Made by a program: the position numbers and the translations under genes. The notes below the pieces were generated by a model. It was not told where the DNA came from, did no database searches, and saw only the letters and a program-made list of their open reading frames with translations. A stretch of 64,000 bases of DNA from Lama glama. Lineage: Eukaryota. The stretch is taken from the NCBI GenBank assembly GCA_028534125.1, contig CM052816.1, positions 31,374,001-31,438,000 of the forward strand, given 5' to 3'. Positions 1-12,915 of this stretch are shown here, in pieces; position 1 is the first letter of the stretch, and every line of letters begins with the position of its first letter.

Positions 1-629
1 TAGAAATATGGTCAGCAAATCTCACAGCAAAACTTACTCATGGCTGAATCCTGTTAGTCTTCTTCCCTGTCCTTCTGGCTTAGAGTTAGTGACGGAATGT
101 GAAAGGACAGGAAAACCAAGGGTAACTCGAGAGCTTGTGTGACTGGAGTAATAATGACACCATTCATAGAAACAGAAAAGTGAGGCATAGAAAGAGGTCT
201 CGAATTTGGTTTAAAACCTAAGTTTCAAGCATGAGCCACCTGGTCCAGGTGGAGATAACTAATGGCTGATTGGAGGTTGGAATATGATTTGGGGAAAAAG
301 GCCCTCTGGAAAGACACATTTGAAAAATGCAATAGAAGTCATGAAATTAGATCATTCCTGAGGGAAAGGACAGAGACAAAGATAAGACTCCAGGAAAATG
401 GAGTCTCCTGTGGGAGAAGAGCCAAAGGAGTATTGTGTCAGTGAGCCCCAGAGAAGGGCGGGAGGTGACCAATGGTGTTAAATAATGCTGTTGAGGTTTG
501 AAGTTGGGGACAAAGGGAAGAGCCATTTGATCTGAGGGTGAGGACCAATGGTGACTTTTAGGAATCATTTCAGTGAGGTGGAAGAAAGGGACATCAGCTG
601 GTGAGGGATGAGTGAACAATCACACTGAC

Positions 630-860
630 TGGAGAGCCCTCAAGCTGGCATCCCCGCGGTGCTCATTAGAAATGCAGATTATTGGAGTGGGGAGCGTATG
701 GCTCAGAGGTAGAGTGAGTGCACAAGGTCCTGGGTTCAAGCCCCCAATACCTCCCTTTAAAAAAGAAGGAATGTAGATTCTTGGGCCCTCACTGAATTGG
801 AATGTGTTTGAACACTGCTCGCTACGTGATTCACATGCACCACAGTGTTTGAGATGCTGC
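630..860. mobile_element. MER5-like hAT-Charlie MITE with a SINE inserted
   Basis: ttagaaatgcagatt...tgattcacatgcaccacagtgtttgaga is MER5-like. Confidence 0.5.
686..769 (+). mobile_element. tRNA-derived SINE (camelid vic-1-like), short copy
   Basis: A box tggctcagaggtaga, B box gggttcaagccc, A-rich tail; imperfect TSD aatg(c/t)agatt(a/c)ttgg at 671-685 and 770-784. Confidence 0.8.
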
Positions 861-1998
861 AGGGGACGTATTCGGGGTGATTGGTAGGGAAAGAAAGTTG
901 ATAGTAGCGTCCTGAGACAACAGCACAGTGTAAAGAAGGGCTTTTCAGAATAGGAGAGATGTGCACAGGGTTTTATTAAGAAAGAAAGGAATAGGAGGAG
1001 GGGAAGATGTTCAAAAGGAGATGACAGAGTTGATGAAAGAAAGTGGATGGAACCAGGACTCAGAAAAGAGAAACTTCTTCCTCTGTGGGAAGGAAGGAGG
1101 TGCAAGGAGTGGAGAGGGAGGTGCGGTCATGGAAGTGGAGAAAAGGTGGTTGTTTGCTCATGATGCACACACCACCTGGAGGACAGAGGCTGGCCTCGAT
1201 CGTCTAATCTTGGACCATCCTGAGACATTACTGCACCTTAGTAATGATTCATGAAAGGAAAACAGGTAAGCAGGGTGGGCCTCGGCAAAAGCAGATTGTC
1301 CAATGCTCTTGTGATTTCGGGGCACTGCAAAGAGACTCTTATCCCAAGTTATGACCTCAGTCTTTAAAAAAAATTAATTTCTCATTAAATGGCTTTATTG
1401 CATCTCAAGTAATGTTTTAAAATAATCTCTCCCTCTCATGTGGTTTTTTTTAAAGTAGAAGGTCATACTAAAATTAACTGTTCCTGCAGTTAATAGGAAT
1501 GTAGTATTCAAGCCGTGTACATGGGCCAGGAGTTATTTGCAAACTTGTTTTACAGGTAAAACAAAAAGAATGAAAAGGGATACAGGCTGGCTAGAAGAAG
1601 AACTCTGAAGGTTTTTTTTTTTTAATGGAAAAATTAAAATACGGTATCTTGTTTTTCCTTTTGCTTAAGTTCAGGTCTACTACGTAATTAGAACATATGT
1701 TTTGTCAGGATATCACAAGAAAACACTTGCAAAGCAGCTCTATTGATGGAATGCATGTATCGAGAGGGTCTGAGGGTTAATAGAACAACATGCAGACCAG
1801 ATGCTGCTGCTTAATGTTTGATTTCCAGCAGAAAACTACAAAAACCTTTCCTTGTAAAAATGATTGGTATCCTTTGAAAAATTCGCTCAAGAGGAGAAAT
1901 ATGTCATAAGAATTTGTAAAGGGACAAATTCTTTCTTCCTTTGACCTTCTTTCCCTCATGCTTTTAAAATCAAAAGCAATCTTTTGAACCAGAGCTTT

Positions 1999-2168
1999 AT
2001 TTTTTAATTAAAAAAACTTTAAGTTGCAGTTTCTTTTTATTTATTTATTTATGGGGGGAGGGGGGAGGTTGGTTTATTTATTTGTTTTAATGTAGGTGCT
2101 GGGGATAGAACCCAGGACCTTGTGCATGCTAAGCGCGCACTCTACCACTGAGCTATACCCTCCCCCGC
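1999..2168 (-). mobile_element. tRNA-derived SINE (vic-1-like)
   Basis: Reverse strand reads gggggagggtatagctcagtggtagagtgcgcgcttagcatgcacaaggtcctgggttctatcccc plus an A-rich tail; TSD tga(a/c)ccagagcttt at 1985-1998 and 2169-2182. Confidence 0.9.
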
Positions 2169-3579
2169 TGACCCAGAGCTTTTTTAAAAAGATTTTTTTT
2201 AAAGGTTATTGTGTCTTCCCATTGGCCCATATTTTGACAGAGGGAGGCAGAAGCGTGGGAGAGAGTGTGATTATGGGAACTGTGTGGTGAGCAGTGGGCA
2301 AGCGAGGCTGCTAAAGGTGGCAGAAAAGTACAGAGAAGAGAGATTTTGTACAGTGAAAAGAAATTTCTCCTGTTTCTCAAATTTCCGTAGGGTCAACAAA
2401 GCACCCTTCCTGACAGCTAGGAGAGGTGAAGGCACACTGGCCTAGCAACTGTCATGACCAATGGTATGAAATGATAGTGTGGACAGACTAAAGAAGTTGT
2501 CTGTTTTCATTCAGTTCATGTGCATTTAGTATTCACAGTATGTGAAAAGTCCAGTGTTATTTGCAAACTGGTTTTAAAAAATAGTTCTAATTTTGTATCC
2601 ATGGTTTTCATTTTTATTAACATAAAAGTTAAATTTTCTGATACTTCACTTGGAGTTAAGATTGAAAATATGCTCCACCCTCCCCTTTTATCTTCTTTTA
2701 TTCTTTTAACTGATTGTGAAATAAAACAGAGACATAACTTACTCTGTACATTAGGCAAAGTTTAAGGTTTTTTAATCTAGTGTAAATATAGTGAGTTGAT
2801 TGAAATATATCCAGAATCTTAGATCGTTCATCAAACACACTATTTCTGCTTCAGAGTCGCAGTGGTCCCAGCTCCTTGCATTTTCCAACAAAACAGTTGC
2901 ATGCAATTTTACAGTTGAGATTTTTACGTAAGTTGAAGTTGAGAAATCTTAACTTGTCCTCAGTTTAAAATCTTCTTATAATTTAGGCAGAGTTCCAGAA
3001 CCAAAAATCCAGCTAGAGCACGTAACGAACAAGTGATAGTTGCTATGGCAATGTGCCTCCGCCTCTCCTAGCTGTCAGGGAGGGCGCTCTGCCATCACAG
3101 ACCTCCTCCTCAGGGTTGTTTCAGTGAATGGTGTGGGCATCATACCCAAATGGAAAATTCCCGTCCCTGACGTATGCCAGCAGATAGGTGGGGTTTCAAA
3201 GCCTGTGACTGCTTGTTGTATTAAAATTCTGCCGAGACAGAAATCATGCCTTGCACACCCCAGAATTTATTTTTTTTTTCTTTTGCTCCAAGAAAGACTA
3301 GCTGAAAGTTAGAACATGTGTGGACTAGGGTAGTGGGGTTTTAATAAAGTTCTGGTAGTGTTAGTCACTGTGCAAGAGGACAGACCAATGGTATCTTTCC
3401 CCTCTGCTTTAAGCCACCAAGTAAACACCACTCATCTCTGGAGTCCAGAGCCAAGGCTGCCTTGTCTCACTAGTGGAGTGACTTTACTGTGGTCTGATGA
3501 GCAGACCAATAGCCACTGAGCCCCTGAATTACTACATAGAGAGAGGTTGGCAGCATCTGAGGTCTCTCTTAAGGATTCT

Positions 3580-3860
3580 AGCCAAAGTTTGCAAACTCAC
3601 ATGCTTCTAAGGGACAAACAGTTGAGGTAATGGAGCAAGGCAGGCAGATGGAGACTGGGAGAAGCAGACGACTTGCCCAGCCTGAGACCCTGGCATGGTT
3701 CAAGGTGGCCAGCCCTTCTCAGCCCCATGGCGTTGTTGTTGTACAGGGATGTGGTTCCATGTTGCCACATCTTTGGATTTGTCGAGAGAAGCCAGCTATT
3801 TTAATGAAATCTATTCATTATAAACTGTTGGCAACAAATTCAGAAAATATTTTGTACACT
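3580..3860 (+). mobile_element. MER102-like hAT-Charlie DNA transposon
   Basis: ttgcaaactcacatgc...gttgccacatctttggatttgtcgagagaagcc...gttggcaacaaattca pattern. Confidence 0.5.
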
Positions 3861-3879
3861 TCATCAGGAATCCAAAACA

Positions 3880-4136
3880 ATTTCACCTCCTGCAATTCTT
3901 CGCTCAGATGTCACCTTCTCGGTATGGATTTCCCCGACTGCCCTCTTGTAAGTGATACCCCCTACCTCACCCTGGCACTTCCTTATTCCCTCTCTCTGCT
4001 TTATCCTCCTCCATGACACTTGTTGCCGTCTAATAAGGGCAGAAACCTTTATCTGATTGCTTCCCTTTTGGATGTCCACTATCGTGAACAGTGTTTGGCC
4101 CACAGCAAGTTCTCAAGAATGTTATTGAATAAATGC
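3880..4136 (+). mobile_element. L2 3' end
   Basis: ctcagatgtcaccttctc...cagtgtttggcccacagcaagttctcaagaatgttattgaataaatg. Confidence 0.6.
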
Positions 4137-5606
4137 AGGTCTGATCCAGGGAGACAGGACTAGGGTAAGGTGAGTGAGCCACTGACCTTGCATGATTGCC
4201 ACGGCATGAGTGCCTTTTTAATTTTTGTATTCTGGATGCCCCCACTCTCCTTACCCTAGTCATTGCCATGCTGATACAATTGCTGTAGTTGTCTCTGATA
4301 TAATCCCGAGGGCAGGGTGAGAGAGAGCAGAAGGGATCAGAGTGTTTAAAAATTAACATGCTACTGTTATTTTAAAATCTGTAATGCCAACGAAACTCTA
4401 ATATGTCCATTAACAGCGTAGATGGTATCAACCAACACTGGTGCAGTGATGCTCATTTAGGATGTAGCTTCTGGGGCTTAGGAATTTGAATTTCTGCCCT
4501 CTTCTGCATTGTTCCATAGTAATACGTAAAACATGATGAGTACATAGGAAAAGTTTCCATCAGCAAAGAGAGATATGATTGACTTCAAGTCTAGGCACAG
4601 AATGATCAGAGTTAAGAGTGCCTCTTTATTGAAGACCACCAAAATGTGGAACCAATTGAAAAAAAAATTAACATCTATGGAAAAGGTGTGATAATCCATT
4701 TTCAAACTGAAGTCAAAACAAAACTTTGAATGAAAGGTAAAAATTATGAGACATTTTTCAGGTACTGTAACAAGGGCCAGCACTACTTTTTATATATTGT
4801 TTCACTGGCTGGAAGAAATGTCATTCTGCACTCATACCCACTAAGGCAACAATGAACCATAATAATACAGGACTAATGTAATGGCAAATATTTTGGTTGC
4901 TAAATGGGAAATGTAAACTGAGGCTCTGAGGTAGGATAGCTGTCAGGTACCAAAGGGGATAATGAGGCAGGTCGAAATGGAAATTGTTGAAAGTTGTTGA
5001 GAAACTGTTGGTGTCTCGAGCAGAACTGCAGGGGGAGGGACCTACCACAAGAACTTCTGAAGAACCCACAGTGGTCCTTGTAGGAAAATCAACTTTAAGC
5101 ATCTGCCTTAGCAGACAGTGCCTAAGCCCTTTACAGTGACACTAGTCAAGAAAGAACTCTCTGTACTCCTTTCCCCAGGGGCCGTGGAGACTTGCTTAGC
5201 GTATTCCATGGGACTGGGCATTTTCATTTTGGGATGGAGACTGTGATACAAAGTGACTTAAGATGATCTATGTCCTAAGAGGGAGCAGAAAAGTAGTGGA
5301 ACATGCTAGATCTCGTTCAGGGGAAGGGGAGAGTGAACAAATTTTAAAGGGATGGTGCAAGACACACCTCAAGTTTCCTTTTGCTTACCTGTTATGAGTG
5401 TGCTTGTTCCGTGTACTGATCACTGAGAGTTAAAGCAGGCCCTGCAGTAGTTCTGTGGCCAGACTCTGCCATTATTCTTACGTTATTTAGAAAACATGCT
5501 CTTAGGAAGAATAACTGAGAATAGCTTAGTAAGAGTGAAAAGAAAAGGTGATCAGTATAGTCTCGGGTGCGTTTGTGTGGCTGTGTAGTAATGGGAGTTA
5601 ACAAAA

Positions 5607-6229
5607 TCTCTTAGTTCAGGCTGTTGTAACAGAATACCATCCATGAAGTGTTTTTATTTTTGTTTTTATTTTTTTAAACATTTTTTATTGATTTATAATC
5701 ATTTTACAATGTGTCAAATTCCAGTTTAGAGCACAATTTTTTAGTTATGCATGTCAAATTTTTTTCTCTGTGAGCTACCATAAGATCTTGTATATATTTC
5801 CCTGTGCTATACAGTGTAATCTTGTTTATCTATTCTACATTTTGAAATCCCAGTCTATCCCTTCCCACCCCCTGTCCCCTTGGCAACCACAAGTTTGTAT
5901 TCATGAAGTGTTTTAAATGGCAAATATTTACTTCCCAGAGTTCTGGAGGCTGGCAAGGCCAAGGTCAAGGCACCTGCAGATCTGGTATTTTGTGGGACTG
6001 TTCCTTTTGGTTTGCAGAATGCCATCTACTAGTCACCTCCTTATATGGAAGAGCAGAGAGGAAGCAAACTCTCTTGTGTCTCTTCTTTAAAAGGCACTAA
6101 TTCCATCAAGAATTCCACCCTCACGATCTAACTACTTACCAAAGGTCCCATCTCCAAATAACATCACAGTAGGGATTAGCATTTCAACACATGAGTTTTA
6201 GGGGGATACAAACATTGTCAATAGTAACA
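5607..6229 (-). mobile_element. MaLR solo LTR (MLT1A/MST-like), interrupted by an L1 fragment
   Basis: ttagttcaggctgttgtaacagaatacca...ttctggaggctgg...ccatctccaaataacatcacagtagggattag...aacattgtcaatagtaaca. Confidence 0.8.
5655..5901 (-). mobile_element. 5'-truncated young L1 (3' UTR only)
   Basis: Poly(T) head plus L1 3' UTR; perfect 13-bp TSD catgaagtgtttt at 5642-5654 and 5902-5914. Confidence 0.88.
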
Positions 6230-6519
6230 AATAAAGGAGCTCAGAGTAAAGGTCTTGGAGGGAAGAATAAGGCCAAGTAGTCCTGGGAACTTGGTGGTGG
6301 GGTCTACCCCCTCCTTGAGGATTCACCCCTCACCAGGTACAAAAGATGAGTTTCTCCATTGCAAAATAAAATCCTTCACTCTTAGTTCATACCTTTCCAT
6401 ACAGATGCTGGAAAATGAGAGTTTGAAGCACAATTACCAAACTCTAGAAAGTGAGGTAACAAGTAATACATTGTCGAATAAGAAAAGGAAGTGGAAGGAA
6501 AGTAGTTTTAGAAGAGAGA

Positions 6520-6710
6520 GAGTCAGACCTGCCACTTATGGTTCTGTACCTCTCAGTTTCCTCATCTGTAAAAAAAAAAAAAATACGGTTATTAATACTG
6601 TTTTTAGGATTGTGGGTGGATTACATTAGAATATATATGTAAATAAAGTGTCATAGACAATGTTGGACCAAGGTCAGCATTCAATATATAAGAACAATTA
6701 TTATTAAAGT
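6520..6710 (+). mobile_element. MIR SINE
   Basis: MIR core ctctgtacctctcagtttcctcatctgtaaaa-like sequence. Confidence 0.7.
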
Positions 6711-8015
6711 AAATGCTAGAAGATGAATCATCTACATTGTAGAAAAAAAACACTTGTATCCTTATATTCCTTATCTCTTATCATCATTATTATACAATGA
6801 TAGGCTTATGAACATTCTTGCAGAAAATTTTTATTGGAACTAATGTGTTTATTCAGTGTAATTTGATTGTCTTACACAAATAATATAAGGAAGCACATGG
6901 CAGCAGACTTGTACAGCAGTCAAGGAAAGACCTCCACATCTACCCGCCTAGAAAATGATCTCTTCTCAATTTTATTTCATACACTAAAAATACACATTTG
7001 GAGCGTTTTAATAATAACTTCAGCATTCCTTAAGATTAGGAGAGCTGTTCTAAAGTGAGTGATTTTTTTTCTGTCTTTAAAAGGGAAAAATCGAGTTTAT
7101 CTTAGGATGGTGGAGACCTACCCTAATGAAGCTTAAGTGTCAACCCCTAATGCAAACAGCTTTGTGAGTTTGTTTTGTCTGAGGCCATCTTGGTGAATAT
7201 TTGTAGGTCCCGACAAACCAAATTGGACTGATTTCCCAGAATCCTAGACAGAAGATGATGGGAGACTTTAAAAAAAAATGAATCCCTGTAGTTTTCAGGA
7301 GTTTCAACAAAATGTAGCTTAAGTTGTGGCTAATGTAAAACAGGTAACATCAATCCATGTGCCAGTATGGTTAGCAGCACTGCACACTGTCAGCTTTAAA
7401 GGATGGGCGAGCAGATTCCAGCCCTTTCTTTTTTTTCCCTAGCCCTTTCTTAACCAGTAAAAAGTTGTGATACTGATAATGGTTATATAAGTTATTAGAT
7501 AGATAGGTATTTGAAGACTGACATTAGATTGTTCATGTATGTCCCATCTGCGTGTAAGTCCCTTATTTTCAACATGCCATCCCTTTGTGTACTGCTTTGG
7601 GAACCACTCTCTTTTCCTTCCCCTTCGGGTTTTGGGTCCCACAGTGAAGTGCTAATGCACCTGTGAGCCCAGAGTGGGACTCCTTTGAGGAAGGGAAAGC
7701 AGGATGTACAATTTTGAAATTTTACTTTCCACTACCCAAATTACATCTTGATTACAGTGGTAGTTACATGTGTAGATACACAATTGTCAAAACTCACTGA
7801 ACTTCAAAAAGGGTACGCTTCATTATAACTATACCTCAATAAAATTGGCTAAAAGCAATTATGCTCCAATGAGGTTACTAAAAAGTAATAATTGACATTA
7901 AAAAAAAAACAAACCACCAAACCAAAAAAAGCCCTCCAATGGCTCCCATTGGCCAATGAGATTAAATTCACACTGCTGAAGAAGATATTGAAAGCTTTCT
8001 GTGATTAACCTTCAG

Positions 8016-8505
8016 CGAAGGGTTTTAACCTATTTGATGTCATGGCCCCTTTTGTTGGTCTGGTGAAAACTGTGGACTCCTTCTCAGTAATATTTACAAC
8101 ACATAAAATAAAACATGTAAGAATGTAAAGGAAACCAATTAAATGGAAATTATATCAAAATACTTATCAAATTTGTGATGCAGTAGTATATGAACTTCTC
8201 TATTAACTCATTAAATGATGGGGGCTGGCATGAATCTCATAACTACCCTCTGATGTCAAAATATGGGTGAGTATAAGCTAGTTGAAGATCTCTTCAGCAA
8301 CTCTACTGTGAAATAATCTGTTTTATGGGTGACAATTGTGATTTTTTTTTTTTTGCTCACATTCAAAATGGAAGGAAATGATAACTTTCAGTTAGAGGTT
8401 ACTGAAAATAAAGGTGCCCTATTTCACCCCGCCAAGTTCAACCTCATCCAACCACATGCTCCCTCAACTCCCTCTCCGGCCCTAATTGTAAGTTAGAAAC
8501 TCCTG
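8016..8505 (+). mobile_element. Charlie4a-like hAT DNA transposon
   Basis: TIR-like ends (gggttttaacc...gttagaaactcctg); internal tctggtgaaaactgtggactccttctcag and tttcagttagaggttactgaaaataaag; homologous to 22204-22700. Confidence 0.75.
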
Positions 8506-9659
8506 CCTATTCCCCTGTTCCCCATCAAGCCCTAAGACACCCTCTGCTTTACTGCAGGTCTCACCCACCCTAAAACCTGCAGAGACAGCGGGTAACAGGA
8601 ATGTGTGAATGGGCGGCTAAGTCAGACACTGGAGAGTGATGACTGGTACAGGGCCATGTCTTCCCTCAAGGCATTCAAATACAACAGCTTTGTTTTTTTT
8701 TTTTTTTTAATACAATAATGTACTAGCCAAAGGAAGATTAGCCCCGAGTTGGCCAGTGTGCAGCCACTGCTTAATCAACCAGAATGAACTGCCTGTTCTC
8801 CTCCTGCCCTCCCACCGCATCTCCAGGGAGTTTCGCTTCTGTAGAAAGTCCTTCCCCTCTAATCTCTATTAATCAAAACACAGCTAGTTCAGAGTTTGGC
8901 ATTTCCTGCTTCCCCTGGCTGGCAGTCATCTGACTCCTCTGTGTGCTCCCAGAACACTTGGTTCAAATCTTTCTCTGTTTTATTATTATTTTTTAAACAC
9001 AGGTCCCATTTTGCCTTCTACTGTGTTTATTGGTGTACACGTTTTACCTTCTGTAATCCATCCTGAGCTCCTCAAGGGCAGCACGCCCACGGTTCTCTTT
9101 GCATCTCTCACAGCACCTGTGCTCTGGTGCACACAGAGCTGAGTCAGGCTCACCGGGTTGGGCTGGCCTCTGCCTCCCCGCTTCTCTCTGCCTCATGCCT
9201 TTGTGTCTTTTACTGGTGGGTGCTGATGCTTCAACCATTAGAAACAAAGCCCTGGCATATTTTTCTTTTAAGGGAGGGTTTACAATTTAGTCACAAAACT
9301 TCAAGTCAAAAAAGTAACTGATGTCATTTAAAGTCTTCTTCCAGGAATGGATAGTCATTCATTCATTCATTCACTCACTCATGTAATCTCTCATTTTCCT
9401 TAAAAACCAGGTGAGAGCTTACTGTCTGAAATATATCAGATTGGGACTGGCACAAAATACACACTGTGATGCATATTTGTGAAACTGTTTCTAAGTGCCT
9501 AGAGACAAGAAGATTAATGTCTCTTCATGAAAGGCACTCATTCCTCCTTGTATGGGGTAGAGTTGCCCAAGTAGCATCCTATTAGCAGTGCCCAAGGTCC
9601 CACTGAATACCCATGGCTGTGGACTCCCTGAAGTTACATTTAAAGGTATGAAAAACAAT

Positions 9660-9865
9660 AAAATCTTAGTTTGTATCCTGGCTTTTAAAATTCTTTGCAG
9701 TGTGACCTTGAGCAAATTATTGATCTCTGAGCCTCAGTTTTGCCATCTGTAAATGTTATGGATGGCAATAACATCTACCCCCAGGGTTGTCTGGTGGTTA
9801 AATACGTTCAGACATGTACAGCATTTAGACCAGTAACTGGTACATGTTAAGTGCTCCATGAATGC
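9660..9865 (+). mobile_element. MIR SINE
   Basis: tgtgaccttgagcaaattattgatctctgagcctcagttttgccatctgtaaa. Confidence 0.75.
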
Positions 9866-11499
9866 CACACGTGTTAGCTAAAGCAAAACACCTCCAAGTA
9901 CCTATTATTTATTAAATACCTGCTATAGTTAGACACTGGGTTAGGCATTAGGAGTCTAAATCTAAACAAAACATTGCTTTATCCTCAAGGAGCTCATAAC
10001 ATAATGTTTTTCAACCTGTAGACTGGGGAGTCCTTGGGAAACCTTTTTCTGAGAATCTATGTGTTCATCAGATGGAATAAATAATCTGCCTCGGATATAT
10101 ATGCTTCATTTAAAAAGCATATGTAGTTACTTTGGGATTAATCAATGTCAAAATCATTTAGAAGGACTCATTTCATATTTTTTGTCATTATGTATCATCT
10201 CAACAAATATTAAGGGAACAAATGTGATTAAGTGGCAGTCCCCAACATTTTTTGGAAGGTATTAAAAATGCTGCTTATGGTCACGTTGGCTAGATCTACT
10301 GATTGATTGGACAATTCAGTCTGATAGAAACCCAAATCATCACATCTGCTTCGGCAGAAAGAGAATTTTGCCCCTGAAGGGAGGCGGTCAGTGCCAGAAT
10401 ACTGCAGGGAGGAGACTGACTCTCAGGGAATATTTAATCAAAGTTCCCTGGTGCTCCCCTCAAAACTGAGAACCCTTCACAAAGAAGAAAGAAATAGAGA
10501 GAAGCTCCCAAATTGACCCCACAAAAAGAGCTTCTCTTCAGGAGCAAACCCTACTGTTGTTTCTTTGATCCAGCTGAAGAGGGACGTCTCTGAGATTCCC
10601 AGGATGAGAGGGGGCACCCAGCAATTGCTAATGCTGGATTTCTGTAGATGCCTCCTTGGTGTGGCTACTGACGGAGGTCTCCACAGGGAGATGGAGGTTG
10701 CAGAGAAGCATTTGATTTCCTTCTCCCTGCTGCTGTTCTGGTTCTGTAGAAATTATGAAATTGTTCATAGCCAGTTGCTAACCAGAAGGTTTAAGCTTGT
10801 AGATCACCTCTTTTTATGATAGAGAGTATGGAGAGGTGGGGGAGCATGAGTGAGTTGGATTCTGATCCCTGTTCCTGTTTGAATTTTCTGTTTTGGCAGT
10901 TCTCCCAGGTAAAGTCTTTAAAAGACTGCAATGAATTTTCTGGCAAAATTACTGGGGACTATTGCCAACTCTTAAGAATCTCATACCAGCAGAGATTGGA
11001 TGAGAACTTCCTACCTTGTTCTTTCAAGTCCCTAAGGTGCAATGTTCCTTTACAGAGGAGATCATTAATATTTTACTTTCTGGTCCAGAGCAGAAGGTCA
11101 GCACACTTTGCTGCAGACAAGTCTTGGTGACCCTTTAGCAGGTAAATCATTCTCAAATCACTTGATAATCTCCATGGAAAAAGAGAGCTCCTTGTTTTGT
11201 GTTTTTTTGCTTTGATTTTTGCTTTTTCTTGTCTGGGAATTAATGTCTTTGGTTACTCCCAGAATAATCTTCATTTAATACGAAGTTTATTGGCTAGCAG
11301 TAGCAGACACTCAGTACACATTTATTGACTAAAGAAGTGATTATTTACATAATCGGTTAAACCCCAAGCTTTGCTAGCCCTCCTTAGTCACATTCCCATA
11401 TCTGAGGTGTTTTCTTTTCCCATACCTGATGTGTTTTCTTTTAGGCATGTACCTTCTTTCACTTAAAAAGCTGTTGTGGGACTGATGAACAAATGGGGT

Positions 11500-11680
11500 G
11501 GTTTGGTAGTTAAGAGTGTAAGCTTTGCAGCCAAACACACCTGCATGTGAATTCTAGCTCTGTGAGTAACTTGATGGGTGATCTTGGACAGCAAACTCTT
11601 GAGCCTCAGTTTCTTCATCATTCAAATGTGCTGAAGAAAACTTCCCTCATAGTTATTGATAGAATTAAATGAAATAAAGC
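11500..11680 (+). mobile_element. MIR SINE
   Basis: gtagttaagagtgtaagctttg...tgatcttggacag...gagcctcagtttcttcatc. Confidence 0.7.
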
Positions 11681-12561
11681 AGGTTTTCCCAAATTTCAAT
11701 CATTTGCAACTTGTGCATGTAAAAATCACCTGCACAGTTTTTGCCATATTCAAATATCACCTGTACTGTGATTCCCTTAAAATGTTTTCTTCAAATTAAC
11801 CCAATTTTTAACATATTAATTTCAAAAGATAAATGGATACTTATCATCTCCCTGGTGGTAGAATTGACATATAAAAATAAATGTCATGAAGACTAAACAA
11901 TATTAAGTTCCAGCTGCTTATTTTTGCCTGCTAAAGTCTCTGACCTAAGGCTAAAAACAAAGATTACTGTCAGATGTTAAAGACATCTTAGGCCCAACCT
12001 GACACTTGATTTTTCATGTAATCAAAAGAATTGAAGAGTGATCAAAAGGGAATCACTTTTTCACTATTTGGTTCATGTAACTAATAATGTGACTTGATGC
12101 AATGTAACTTTATGCCCTGCTTAGGTACCACATAATACTGTCACAGATATTGCCAATGGCATGTGCATCACCTTGTAGAAAACAGATAAAATTTGTGAGG
12201 ATTTTGTGTTTCTGAATGAGGTGACAGCTACACCTTGAAGATGCAGCGGTACTGACTGGATCACGTGCAGGTATGATGTCTGCTAAGAAAGTGCAGTTTT
12301 GACATAGAAGAGAGTGAAGGAAAGTCTGCTGTGGACTCCCTCTGACAGTTGCATGAGCGTCCATGAAGGACTTTGAGGGCAAATTGCAGCACCACCAGTG
12401 GATTCTCAAATTAAGAAATCACTCCTGGAAGACTGGGGACCTTCACCGTGTACAGAGCTCAGCCAGTGGATGATGGGCTCTCACTGGCATTTGATGGGAG
12501 AAGCTGAGAAAGAGAAACACCTTTTGAAAACTCCCATCTTTGTCTCCATTTTCTTGGAGTC

Positions 12562-12915
12562 TGTTGTGGGCTGAATAACACCTAGTACCTCAAAATGTGA
12601 CTGTACTTGGACTGTACTGTACTTTAAAGAGGTAATTAAGGCAAAATGAGGTGATTAGGGTGAGTCCTAATATGACTTAAGAAGAGATTTTAAGAAGAGA
12701 TTAGGACACAGACACACACATGGGGAAGAACATGTGAAGACACAGGGAGAGGACAGTCATCCACAAGCTGGAGAGAGAGGCCTCAGAAGTAACCAGTCCT
12801 GCCGGCATCTTGATCTTGGACTTCTAGTGTCCGAAACTGTGAGATAAGTCGTATCTGCTGTTCAAACCACTCAACCTGTGGTGCTTTATTATAGCGGGCC
12901 TAGCAGACTAACACA
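12562..12915 (+). mobile_element. MaLR solo LTR (MST/MLT1A-like)
   Basis: TG...CA termini; perfect 5-bp TSD GAGTC (12557-12561, 12916-12920); atcttgatcttggacttctag motif. Confidence 0.88.

Larger units (their letters stand above)
110..1170 (-). mobile_element. Degraded L2 LINE fragments, interrupted by a MER5-like element
   Basis: Purine-rich L2-like phrases (e.g. ataatgacaccattcatagaaacagaaaag, tttcagtgaggtgg); recognised by eye. Confidence 0.45.

Noticed and set aside
2090..2166. tRNA genes at the SINE heads (also ~689, 16298, 30102, 38944, 48155)
   Set aside because: They have A/B boxes, but are followed by SINE-specific A-rich tails and flanked by TSDs, so they are retroposed SINEs rather than tRNA genes.
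3070..3090. CTCF-like motif gtcagggagggcgct
   Set aside because: Only the 3' half of the core matches.
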